Positions 36,201-45,540 of a stretch of DNA of 64,000 nt are shown piece after piece. The translations under genes were made by a program, and so were the position numbers. The notes beneath the pieces were generated by a model, which did no database searches, was not told where the DNA came from, and worked only from the letters and a program-made list of their open reading frames with translations. The stretch covers positions 71,556-135,555 of the forward strand of contig JAZKJH010000003.1 in NCBI GenBank assembly GCA_040384485.1, written 5' to 3'. The stretch comes from Patescibacteria group bacterium. Lineage in GTDB: Bacteria; Patescibacteriota; Minisyncoccia; Phycocordibacterales; DATDWN01. Each line of letters opens with the position of its first letter. Positions within the stretch are counted from its first letter, which is position 1.

Positions 36201-39200
36201 AGAAGTCCCGTTATTTGTTGTTTGACCCAAAGCTGTGTATGCACCAGTTCCCGTACTTTGGTTAAGTATGTTTATAGAAGTTACAGCGTCTTGTGTTTTT
36301 GCAACTTGCAAAAGTTGTGTTGGTCCTGATGTTCCTACTCCCACACGACCTGTATTGTCGATAGTAAAATAATCCGAAGTTCCTAATGTTCCACTTCCTG
36401 AAATTTTCAACTTATCACTATCAGAATTATCTATACCCATTGAATATTGTTGCCCACCAGTTAGGTACCATGAAATACTAGTGTCCCCTGTACTGTTTTG
36501 TTCCAACATTGCCAATGGGTTTGTTCCGGAAGTATTTTTATAAACTGTTAGTGGCCACTGTGGACTTTCTGTTCCAATGCCAACCTCACCATCTCCATCA
36601 ATAGTAAGTCTTGCTGTTCCTGCAGTTGCGAAAGCAATTGAAGTTGCAGCAGGTCTGTACATACCAGCTGATGCGTCATTTGAAAAACCGTAAGCAACAC
36701 TTGAAGCAGAACCATCTGACGTTCTTAGTGCGCCCGCAACACCTATTTGTCCAGAACCTACTTTGTAAAAACCAGTTGAAGTTTGCGAACTAAATGCTAT
36801 GGAGGGTGTTCCAACTAAACCATCTGCCACATAAACTGCAGTTGAAGAAGCTGTTCCTTGTACATCTAGTTTTGTTTGAGGATTAGTTGTTCCAATACCT
36901 ACATTTCCATTTGTACCCTCAATAGTTAAGTCAGGATATGTGTTTGATGTGCCTAAATTTAAACTAGTTGAACCTGGAGAACGCACTGTTCCACTACCAA
37001 GAAACAGTCCGTTTACTGACAAAGCATCGTTAGCAGAATCCCAAGTTAGTTGAGTTGTGTCTGTGGTTAGAGCACCCGCACTGTTATACAAAACTAGTTG
37101 ACCTGTATTAGCACCAAGAGCTGGAAGAGTCGCCCTAATCCCTCCGTTTACATCAAGGGTTGTGCTTGGACTGGTTGTTCCAAGCCCCACAAAACCACTA
37201 CTTCCCAATATACTTAGAGCGGAAGTTGTGGTCGTTGCAGTACCTGCAACAGTTGTTGTTGCTAAATAGAAGTTTCCTCCTGCATTTCTCATTACCCATT
37301 GTGAAATACCTCCTCCTGCAGAGAGAGCTAGTTGTGGTGCTGTAGCTGAGGTTGGGTTAAGTATCCATTGTGGGGTTGTTGTTCCGATACCAACGTTTCC
37401 TGTTGAACTAATAACCATTCTTTCGTTGGTAGGTAATGTTGCCACGTTTCCTATAGTGCTTCCAGCGAAAAATCTAATATTTGCAGTTGACGCAGTTATA
37501 AGATCTTCTGAGCCCCCGTTATTAACTGCTATAGTAGCCCGAAGGCCGCCACTTGGTTCCATAAGTGCTATCTGAGCATTTACACCACCGTTGATACCTT
37601 GAATCTCTAACTTTCTTGCGGTAGGTACTCTTCCAATACCTAACCATGCAGAAGATGCATCTACAACTAAAGCATTTGTACTCCCTGCTTCACCGACTCT
37701 AAAGTCTCCGTCAATATCAAGAAGATATGAAGGTGTACTGGTTCCAATACCCACATTACCAGCGTTTGTTATTCTCATCTTTTCAGTAGTCACGTCAGAT
37801 GTGTATGATCCCCCAAATGCACCTGCTGTGTAAAAAGACAACCCTGTCTCACCAGAAGCACCTTCACTTATACCAGACAATTTTGCACGAACACCTGAAG
37901 CAGCAAACGTTTGACCAGATGAAGCATCACCACCAAAAAATTGGACAGACCCCAGAACATCATCAGCAACAATTGCAGAAAAAACATTACTTAGTCTAAG
38001 TATTGATGTGTTTGAAGTTGCAGAAGAAACTTCAAGTTTTACTTGAGGGGTGCTGGTTCCAACTCCAACATTACCTTGAACAAGTAGTCCGTTTGAAGGA
38101 GCAGCTGTCGTATCATATCCAGCACCAATTGTAGCTCCTCCGGAAACAGAAAGACGAGAACCTGGTAGCAGCTCACCTACCCCCAAAGAACCATCGTCCC
38201 TAAGAGCAAGAAGGGTTGTCTGATCAGAGTTCTCAACATACATCGCATATGAAGCATTTGTATTGCCTCCACCTCTAGTAATAAACTTATATCCGGTAAG
38301 CGGGACACTTCCTATACCAACACTACCAGATGCATCGATGATAAATGGTGTGGAATCCGGGGAACTCGAGTCCTCAACAACAAAAGAAGGTGCTGACCCT
38401 GTGTTCGTTACCGAGAGTTTGCCCCACGGTGTTGTTGTTGCTATTCCAACATTTCCTGAAGAGCTAACAACTAACCTATAAGCATCACTAACATGTCCTA
38501 AACCTATGCTTTGCCCATCAGCTGCTTGCATTATTATTGGGTAGTTTGGTGCGTAAATTTGGAAAGCGGAAATATCTCCGCGAGATTGCATTACTGCTTG
38601 TTGAGTTGACCCGTTGTAAAAGGAAACTCCTGAATAACCCCCTGAAGAGCCGTAAAATCTTGAGGTGTCGGAAACAGATGTGTCTCCGATATATGCTAAA
38701 CCATTAACTTGAAGCTTTGCCACTGGACTTGCAGTCCCAATACCAACATTGTTGGTTGAATAGTCATATACCAAACCTGATGTTTCGATTGCTAACCCCC
38801 CAGCGATTGTTGATGTCGCATTTGTGGATGTGGCATTGAAGTTTCCAAAAGTTGGTGTTGAGGTTGCGACTAATGCACCAGATGAATTGGTAGAGAGTAA
38901 TGAGTTGATTGCTGTGCCCGATAAAGTAATAGCCGGAGTAACCACACTTGTTCCTACATACAACGTTCTTGGTCTAGTTGCTCCTGAGGCACCGATATCG
39001 AGAGTATTGTCTGTTGCAGCAAGAAAATGTCCCGTAGCATTTATTCTCCATTTTTGAGCACTGCCCGTCATAAACAGCAAATCTCCTGTGCTGTGTTGTC
39101 CGTATATTTCTTGAGCATTTGCAAATCTAATAGATGAACTATCACTATCAGTTCGCAACTCTCCTGTTCGGTCTCCAGCTCCGGTGCTCAACCTCCTCCA

Positions 39201-42200
39201 CTCCATAACAACACCGGAGCTTTCTCGATCTATTTGCAAAATCTGATCTTCAGTAGCAACACCTGCAGCACCAGATATGTGGGTCCGGTAACTTGGAGTC
39301 GTTCCAATACCCACATTGGCAGATGTTGTCATTCTTAATACTTCAGCAAGCGTGCCCGCTCCATTTGAAGTTTTAAAAATTAAATCTGACTTATTGTCAT
39401 TGCTTGCATAATTGTTTGCATAAATTCCACCTAGCGAGGTTGCCCCTGACCCATAAGTAAGCAAAGCTTCTTCTTGTGGGTTTCCGTTAGTTACAATTAG
39501 CCTTCTTATTTCCCCTGATACGGCTAATTTTTGAAGAGGGTTGGTTGTTCCGATACCCAGGTTCCCAGCTGTAGATAATGTCATTTTTGTAAGACCGTCT
39601 CCAGTCAAGAAACCTAAGTTGCTAGCTCCAGTAAAATCATATAACCCAGTGCCCACCATCCAGTCATTTGTTCCGGCAGTTTGGAATTGAACAGCAGAAG
39701 AGTTCCCAGAAGAGCTGCTTCTGTTTAACAAGGCGAACGCGCCGCCGTTATCCGCAGTAGCATTTAGAGTTACATTTCCATTAGTTGCCTGGAAACGAGC
39801 CTGGTTACTTATACCAGACATATGAAACTGTGCTGCTGGAGTCGCGGTGCCCAACCCAACTCTTCCGCTATTCTGCTGAACCACAAACTGACTTGTTCCT
39901 ACAGCCAGTCCTCCTGTTGCGATAGTTGACGTTGCTGTTGTCGATGTTGCATTGAAATTTCCAAATGTTGGAGTTGACGTTGCCACTATCGCACCTGATG
40001 AGTTTGTGGAAAGCAGTGAGTTGATTGCTGTGCCGGATAAAGTCAGAGACGGAGTTGAAATAGATGTTGTTGCCGTAAATATATTTGCAATAACAGTTCC
40101 ACCGTCAAAAAATCCTGAACCGGCAACTGATAGTTTATAACCTGGAGTTGTTGAGCCGATTCCAACATTTCCCGCAGAACTAAGGAACATTCCTCCTGCC
40201 CCACCACTACCATTTCCATAGAAAGCCAGGCCTCCGCCTCCACCAATATTAGTGATCTGTCCATCAATAGTCCCAGATCTCTTGATCAAAATTCCAGGAA
40301 AAGAACCACTGACTGAATCCAGGACAAGAGTCGCATTTGTTCCGGAAACGTAAAGATTATTTTGGCTTACGTTTTGAAAAGCCATTGTTCCTGACCCATC
40401 AGCAACTGAGAATTTTGTGTAAGGTGATGTAGTTCCTACTCCGACATTACCAGTTGCAGATGTTAGGTTAAGTCCACCACCTGAAGTGCTTATGGTTGGA
40501 GCGGAACCGTTTGATCCAGCAAGTGTAAGATAGTTTGTAACACCAGCAGTACTCAAAACACGAACTTGTTCCACACCACCAGCTCTCATATGAATACCTA
40601 AAGAAGAAGGACCGCTATCAAGATAAAGCTCTCCGGTAGGACTAACGGCCAAATACCCGTCAGGGTTTGTGATGTTTGCAGCTGCGCCAGATCCCTGAAT
40701 AATGTTAGAGTTTCCAAAAATAGTCCAACTCCCAGCCGTTAGGGTTTTTCCACCCGTTATTGAAACACTACCCCCACTTACTGTTCCCGTTAAAGCAATA
40801 TTACCGTCAACAGAAAACTTTTCGTAAGGACTTGTAGTTCCAACTCCAACATTTCCTCCAGCCAAAACTGTCAATCTGTTTAAACCATTTGTCTGCAAGT
40901 TCAAATCAAAAAAACCTGTGTGTCCAAAGTTGGCCGCAGTTGGTCCTGTCACCAAGTACGAAGAACCTGAACCCGAAAGAGCCACATTTCCATCAGCAAC
41001 TTGTAGTTTATAAAACGGATTACTTGTCCCAATACCAACATTCCCACTATTCTGTTGCACCACAAACTGACTTGTTCCAACTGCGAGACCTCCTGTTGAA
41101 ATAGTTGAAGTAGCAGTAGTAGATGTCGCATTAAAGTTTCCGAATGTAGGAGTTGAGGTTGCAACTATTGCTCCTGATGAATTTGTAGAAAGTAGTGAAT
41201 TAATTGATGTGCCAGAAAGTGAAATGGATGGAGTAACAACAGAGGTTCCGAAGTATCCTGTTCTCCATGTATTACCTACTGCTCCTATGTCTGCATTATT
41301 ATCTGTAGTGGGAACAATATTTATTCCATTTCCAAGAGTTAGATTTCCAGTTGAGAGTCTCATTCCCAAAGTTCCATTTACTGCCCATCTCAATGCACTT
41401 GATTCTAGATACATTCCGTATCCAGAGTTGCTTGCAAAAGTATATGATGGTGTTGTCACAGAACCAACACTTGCTGTAATTGTAGAAGTTGCAGTAAGAT
41501 TACTTGCAACAACTGTTCCTCCGTCAAAATATCCACTACCAGCAACTGATAGTTTATAACCAGGAGTTGTTGAACCTACACCGACATTTCCGCCGCTCGT
41601 TATCCTCAATCTTTCTGAGTACGTGCCCGCATCTCTAGTTGCGAATGAAAGCTCAGCACTAACAGCACTTGGGGTATGGCTTGTAAAAATAGCGTTAATA
41701 CTAGCTCCAGTCCCAAGAACTCCATTCGTATCCATTGTCAGAAACCTATTTTGAGCAAAATTATTATTTGTGGTATCAGTGTTTATTAAATTCGATGACG
41801 TGTCGTTAGAAAGTCCGCTAACGGTGTATGTAGAATCAGAACTACCCGAAACAACGAGTTTTGCACCTGGAGCTGTCGTCCCAATTCCCACACGGCCCGA
41901 TGAAGTCACGTTGAAAGTGGACCCCCCAATTGATGCCACAGAAGAGAAAAGATTGGTGGATGAAGCTGTTGTTGAAAATAGATTTGTTGTGGTTGCTGAT
42001 ACTCCAGTTGAATTAACAAAGCTAAAGTTTTGTAGAGTTGTAGAACCTGTTAGCAACAAGTTTCCAAAATTTCCTGTTCCTGTTGTTGTTATGTTTCCTG
42101 ATCCGGCGTTGATAGTGTTGTTGTTTGTAACAATTCCATTTGTCCAAGTTCCGGCAATTTCTAGCGCAGTTGTCCCTGTTCCTGTGTTACTTATATACAA

Positions 42201-44921
42201 ACCATTTTCTGTTGTTCCTGTTCCGGTATTAATCACTGAGAGCAATCTTTGTATTCCGCCTGTGGTGTTGTTGGTTAGTAACCCTGAGTACAAGTTCGCC
42301 GCGGTAGAAATAGAAGCATCGTTTACTGTGTATGTTGCGTTGAAAGGATAGTTAACAGACAAATATCGCAAATCATTTACTCCTGAGTTCCATTGGAAAG
42401 TTGCATTTCCAGAACCAGAGTTTCGTTGGAATATAACTGCTTTCAAATTATCTCCTGCCTCAGATGAACCGATAGTCCAAGTGTCGCTACTTGTATCTCC
42501 TGTAACCACAGTACCAGACAGGTTGTTCGCGGTGATGGTGTTAAAGTAACCATTTTTCCAATAGAAAGATGGTGAACCGATAGAGTTGTTGTTGGAAGCA
42601 AAGTCCGCTGTTGGTCGCAAAGCTCCGGTTGAGTCGAAAACTATTTCATTACTCCCGCCTGGATTAAGCGACAGAAGTGTTTTGTCTCCAGAGCCAACCC
42701 CTGCGCCAGTTACGTTTATTTCTAATGCACTATATCCTCCACCTGCAACAGTAGAGTCAATAAGATCTATTACTTGTCCTCGACTTATTTGTCCGTTACC
42801 TGCGTTTGCGGTTATTTCTTGTTTTATTAAATTTCCAGAAGTTATTGCGTTGTCACGAACAGTAAAGATATCACCTGTTGCAATAGTTGAGTTGATAAGA
42901 AATGTTCCGTCATTTTGCTGATAATCGTTTACATATAAACTATCAAAAACTCCAATGCTTGAAAAAAAGTTGGTGGTGGTTGCATTTGTTCCAGTGGCAT
43001 TGGTGAAAATTAGGTTTGTTAGATCTATGTTTCCAAATGTTCCGTTGTCTGTGCTCAAGTTTGCAATGTAAGAATTTGTGGTGGTCGCATTGGTGGTTGT
43101 TGAGTTGGTTACATTCAATCCTGTGATTGTAGAAAGAATAGAACTCAAATTATCAATAGACCCTGTACTTGATCTGAACAAGCTTGAAAACAAACTTGTG
43201 GTTGTCGCATTTGTTCCAGTAGCATTAGTAAATAAAAGATTTGTTAAGTCCGAAGATACAGAAGTTAGATTGGCTATATTTGCGTTGGTGGCAAACATGT
43301 TGGTACTGGTTGCATTTGTTGTTGTGGAATTTGTAATGTTCAATCCGGTGATTGTGGCGATAGCAGAAGTAAGTGAATCCACTGATCCTGTGGTTGCATT
43401 CAGTAGTGAAGTAAAAAAGTTTGTTGTGGTGGCGTTTGTAACTGTAGCAAAACTGCCCAGAATGTTTGTCCCTGTAAAGTTAGTTACAAAAGAGTTGGTG
43501 GTAGTTGAATTTGTTACATTAAGCCCTGTGATTGTTGCCAATGCGGAAGATAAAGAATCTATTGAGCCTGTGCTTGCATTAAAAATACTAGTGAACAAGT
43601 TAGTGGTTGTGGCACTAGTAAAAAGACTGTTTGTTCCTGTAAGGTTGGTTATAAAAAAGTTCGTGGATGTGGCATTTGTCAGGGTAGACCCATTTAAAGT
43701 ACTGTTATTTATTACTGCATTTGATATCGTTCCTCCTGTGATAGTTGGGTTACCGACAGTAACATTGGTTAAATTATCGATTTTATTTGTATGAGCTATT
43801 TGCTGATATACATTTGTTATTGCATTGCTACTTCCAGTAGAAAGACTAGCGAACCTTCGTGCTAAATCAGAGTTTAGAGCGATTGAGAATTCTTGTATTT
43901 TTCTATCGACATCCATACTTGTTAAGGCAAGAGTTGGTGCTGGTTGAATAAGTCTTTCTACAATTCTTTCCACGACAGGGTTATTTATTACGGTGGTGTT
44001 GGTTACTTGTTGTGGCTGTTGGACGGGTAGTCTAGGAGTTGAGGGTTGCTGGGTAGGTGTTGGATTAACTACTGCTACTGTAGTAGGAGTTTTATTTTCA
44101 ACCAAAACTGTACCAGTCGGAACTATGCCGTCCTCAAACCAACCATTGATTGTGTTGTAAACAAAAGTACCTCCAGCATTTAAAGGTTTTAGAAGAGCGT
44201 CTGTTATTGCACCAAAAACACCCGCAGTCATTGATCCCAAATCCTGTGAAAAAACTTGCTGTCCAAGTTCCATAGCTACCTCAGGAATATTCTTGGAGTT
44301 TCGAGCAAGAGATCTCAAGTCATCATTTTTTACCATTAAGACTGTGGCGAGCATTGCAAGAGAAACTGCACCAACAACAAAAAACTTTCCTTTGTTATTT
44401 TTTACTACTGCATTTATGTTAGGGATCTCAGATTTAACCTCGGGAATAGTGACCAACATTGGTGCGCTAACTATTACCTCTGGACCTGCAACTGGAACAA
44501 AAACTATTTCGTCCTTTTTTTGCACCCCAAGATTTTTTGAAAAATCGAAAGTAGTTGGAGTATTTTTGTATTCCAAAAGAGACTTCTCTTCTACATACCA
44601 TACCTGCCCTATTCTTCTTGACTCCACCTTTCCTTCACGGCAAAGTTTTCCAATATAGTCACGTGAGTAGCCAGTCAAGAAACTTGCTTGCTTAACAGGA
44701 AGATAGTTTTTCTCACTTTTTGGTGCGGGTGCATTCGCTGACAAACTCCTGTATTTCAAGATGGACTCCTCTCCTACGTACCAACTCTTCCCTATTCTTT
44801 TAGAAAGGATTTTGTTGTCACGACAAAGTTCGCCAATATGCTCTGTTGAATAAGAAGTTAAAGTGCTAGCTTCTTTTACTGAAATGTATTTTTTATTTCC
44901 GAAAATTAGATCAGAACTCAT
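33285..44921 (-). CDS. Giant surface protein 1 (3878 aa), Gly/Thr/Ser/Asn-rich with tail-fibre-like repeats. Contains two N-terminal MerR-like HTH motifs, one TM, a C-terminal intramolecular chaperone (peptidase S74-like) and a DUF5011-like Ig domain.
   Basis: Single uninterrupted ORF. N-terminal repeats KYISVKEASTLTSYSTEHIGELCRDNKILSKRIGKSWYV / NYLPVKQASFLTGYSRDYIGKLCREGKVESRRIGQVWYV; TM FFVVGAVSLAMLATVLMV. Repeated modules SLLSTNSSGAIVATSTPTFGNFNATSTTATSTI and ...SGNVGIGTT.P..KL.V. Near the C-terminus SDERLKDIQ...YSWK...GFIAQNIQQAIPDAV. C-terminal domain IPPVITITGSANLQIPLNSNYSDLGATVTDLDDENN... Confidence 0.85.
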   Translation of the reverse strand: MSSDLIFGNKKYISVKEASTLTSYSTEHIGELCRDNKILSKRIGKSWYVGEESILKYRSLSANAPAPKSEKNYLPVKQASFLTGYSRDYIGKLCREGKVESRRIGQVWYVEEKSLLEYKNTPTTFDFSKNLGVQKKDEIVFVPVAGPEVIVSAPMLVTIPEVKSEIPNINAVVKNNKGKFFVVGAVSLAMLATVLMVKNDDLRSLARNSKNIPEVAMELGQQVFSQDLGSMTAGVFGAITDALLKPLNAGGTFVYNTINGWFEDGIVPTGTVLVENKTPTTVAVVNPTPTQQPSTPRLPVQQPQQVTNTTVINNPVVERIVERLIQPAPTLALTSMDVDRKIQEFSIALNSDLARRFASLSTGSSNAITNVYQQIAHTNKIDNLTNVTVGNPTITGGTISNAVINNSTLNGSTLTNATSTNFFITNLTGTNSLFTSATTTNLFTSIFNASTGSIDSLSSALATITGLNVTNSTTTNSFVTNFTGTNILGSFATVTNATTTNFFTSLLNATTGSVDSLTSAIATITGLNITNSTTTNATSTNMFATNANIANLTSVSSDLTNLLFTNATGTNATTTSLFSSLFRSSTGSIDNLSSILSTITGLNVTNSTTTNATTTNSYIANLSTDNGTFGNIDLTNLIFTNATGTNATTTNFFSSIGVFDSLYVNDYQQNDGTFLINSTIATGDIFTVRDNAITSGNLIKQEITANAGNGQISRGQVIDLIDSTVAGGGYSALEINVTGAGVGSGDKTLLSLNPGGSNEIVFDSTGALRPTADFASNNNSIGSPSFYWKNGYFNTITANNLSGTVVTGDTSSDTWTIGSSEAGDNLKAVIFQRNSGSGNATFQWNSGVNDLRYLSVNYPFNATYTVNDASISTAANLYSGLLTNNTTGGIQRLLSVINTGTGTTENGLYISNTGTGTTALEIAGTWTNGIVTNNNTINAGSGNITTTGTGNFGNLLLTGSTTLQNFSFVNSTGVSATTTNLFSTTASSTNLFSSVASIGGSTFNVTSSGRVGIGTTAPGAKLVVSGSSDSTYTVSGLSNDTSSNLINTDTTNNNFAQNRFLTMDTNGVLGTGASINAIFTSHTPSAVSAELSFATRDAGTYSERLRITSGGNVGVGSTTPGYKLSVAGSGYFDGGTVVASNLTATSTITASVGSVTTPSYTFASNSGYGMYLESSALRWAVNGTLGMRLSTGNLTLGNGINIVPTTDNNADIGAVGNTWRTGYFGTSVVTPSISLSGTSINSLLSTNSSGAIVATSTPTFGNFNATSTTATSTISTGGLAVGTSQFVVQQNSGNVGIGTSNPFYKLQVADGNVALSGSGSSYLVTGPTAANFGHTGFFDLNLQTNGLNRLTVLAGGNVGVGTTSPYEKFSVDGNIALTGTVSGGSVSITGGKTLTAGSWTIFGNSNIIQGSGAAANITNPDGYLAVSPTGELYLDSGPSSLGIHMRAGGVEQVRVLSTAGVTNYLTLAGSNGSAPTISTSGGGLNLTSATGNVGVGTTSPYTKFSVADGSGTMAFQNVSQNNLYVSGTNATLVLDSVSGSFPGILIKRSGTIDGQITNIGGGGGLAFYGNGSGGAGGMFLSSAGNVGIGSTTPGYKLSVAGSGFFDGGTVIANIFTATTSISTPSLTLSGTAINSLLSTNSSGAIVATSTPTFGNFNATSTTATSTIATGGLAVGTSQFVVQQNSGRVGLGTATPAAQFHMSGISNQARFQATNGNVTLNATADNGGAFALLNRSSSSGNSSAVQFQTAGTNDWMVGTGLYDFTGASNLGFLTGDGLTKMTLSTAGNLGIGTTNPLQKLAVSGEIRRLIVTNGNPQEEALLTYGSGATSLGGIYANNYASNDNKSDLIFKTSNGAGTLAEVLRMTTSANVGIGTTPSYRTHISGAAGVATEDQILQIDRESSGVVMEWRRLSTGAGDRTGELRTDSDSSSIRFANAQEIYGQHSTGDLLFMTGSAQKWRINATGHFLAATDNTLDIGASGATRPRTLYVGTSVVTPAITLSGTAINSLLSTNSSGALVATSTPTFGNFNATSTNATSTIAGGLAIETSGLVYDYSTNNVGIGTASPVAKLQVNGLAYIGDTSVSDTSRFYGSSGGYSGVSFYNGSTQQAVMQSRGDISAFQIYAPNYPIIMQAADGQSIGLGHVSDAYRLVVSSSGNVGIATTTPWGKLSVTNTGSAPSFVVEDSSSPDSTPFIIDASGSVGIGSVPLTGYKFITRGGGNTNASYAMYVENSDQTTLLALRDDGSLGVGELLPGSRLSVSGGATIGAGYDTTAAPSNGLLVQGNVGVGTSTPQVKLEVSSATSNTSILRLSNVFSAIVADDVLGSVQFFGGDASSGQTFAASGVRAKLSGISEGASGETGLSFYTAGAFGGSYTSDVTTEKMRITNAGNVGIGTSTPSYLLDIDGDFRVGEAGSTNALVVDASSAWLGIGRVPTARKLEIQGINGGVNAQIALMEPSGGLRATIAVNNGGSEDLITASTANIRFFAGSTIGNVATLPTNERMVISSTGNVGIGTTTPQWILNPTSATAPQLALSAGGGISQWVMRNAGGNFYLATTTVAGTATTTTSALSILGSSGFVGLGTTSPSTTLDVNGGIRATLPALGANTGQLVLYNSAGALTTDTTQLTWDSANDALSVNGLFLGSGTVRSPGSTSLNLGTSNTYPDLTIEGTNGNVGIGTTNPQTKLDVQGTASSTAVYVADGLVGTPSIAFSSQTSTGFYKVGSGQIGVAGALRTSDGSASSVAYGFSNDASAGMYRPAATSIAFATAGTARLTIDGDGEVGIGTESPQWPLTVYKNTSGTNPLAMLEQNSTGDTSISWYLTGGQQYSMGIDNSDSDKLKISGSGTLGTSDYFTIDNTGRVGVGTSGPTQLLQVAKTQDAVTSINILNQSTGTGAYTALGQTTNNGTSYLYTFGSGYTTSGRYIQDSMLLEANLVGGLSLAATDASGVIRFYTNGNNERMRVASTGNVGIGTTTPTAARLTVADTSNTYSGFFQGSGSYAVGLGGGSAGAQIQGYTGTFATANLSLQVGGGNVGIGTTDPGARLTISNAITGGAIGTAFQQEIVNPTAGTVGDWTGTVYRWIANNANTNQAYIGAVLTSGAVNTSSDLVFGVKASTAVTAISEAMRIKAGGNVGIGTTNPTFPLSVQSNSGANGISIIGRSNGSVDEGTLTFLDNDNSTTQAYLQSNGTKLGIFATGGVGIGLSSPTQTLEVKGIVGLQATNSTNFWGMYNHTDNTFRLNYNNAGNDEMVIESTGDIGIGTADPAHKLDILGDSVRFSASGNQSTYINAGTTSNYAQLIYSQAGTQKWNVYSSNNATPNLEFASSGGDIRVAIEQGGDVGIGTASPDSKLSVSGSVAGSIATFYNTEANDGNGVYIKAGGVNSAKYALVVDNNASANLLTVLANGGVGVGTSIPSSYAKLAVSGGVTNSIATISGAFGVDVNAVMLGNDGTDGVIGMQNSGTKLHLLSRAGGVFTKSFTLDSAGNVGIGTTDATNKLTVAGAVSTVPFAVKVGSSNKLSLEIQSDGDTSLYMYNAANGLTNYFQSDGPSVIGGGTFAVTNLVSCGGIQTNGSGTMSCTSDERLKDIQSEFTSGLSAINQINPQTYSWKTDSGLYDNGVLYSGFIAQNIQQAIPDAVNTNPSGTLQVNTTTILAAAINAIQELDLNTGSRLTNLEQIVASSTPESTGINFNDVLDGFVNQFETVGAKFVDGIAYFKNIIADRLTVGSSSNPTGITIYDEVTNDPYCMKMRNGAMVSVAGICGTQAPEEGGGDPEPEPETIEEGPTDSIPPVITITGSANLQIPLNSNYSDLGATVTDLDDENNANNNLGIYFNVNGVDMLSVSISTNATATHTIVYSAMDEGGNWSYATRTVEVIEEVIE

Positions 44922-45540
44922 TAACCTAATTATATATTTCTTGTAAACAATAAAGTTTCAAAATATGTTGATAATTAGCTAAATAACGGCCATCCGGGGT
45001 TACAAAACAGGACGATATTTTGGAAAAATTTAGCCAACTTTTACATCCACAAATGCTAATTATTTTAAGCAAAAAGAATGCCGAGCAAATTAGTCTAATT
45101 ACTAACCTAAATAGCTGCGCTTTTCCCTGTAAAGCTAGGGGTATGGAGATATTGGAAGGATGGGGTTCTTATGAAGGACTAAAAATTTGATTGGTATGTC
45201 ACAAACGCCAAATTTATATATAAAAGTTGATAAATTTTATTAAATTTCATTGCATCTTTATCAAGGTTTATTCTGGTTTGCAGTATTTATAGCTTGTATT
45301 TGATACTGAGCTTCTGACTATTGGTCCCCACTTGTTTGAGTTGATGAGACTAGCATGGTGCCGACAACCTAAGCTAGGGGGCGACTTCTTTGTTCCCTTC
45401 TCATGTACCTCAATGACCGAGTAAGGTAATTTATTTTTGGCAACTAATGAATTTCAAATATCCAGAATTACAAAAAGTCCTATTTTTCATAGAATAGTTA
45501 CAAATTATTTATAAAAAATGTCAATGCCCGATTTATAAAT

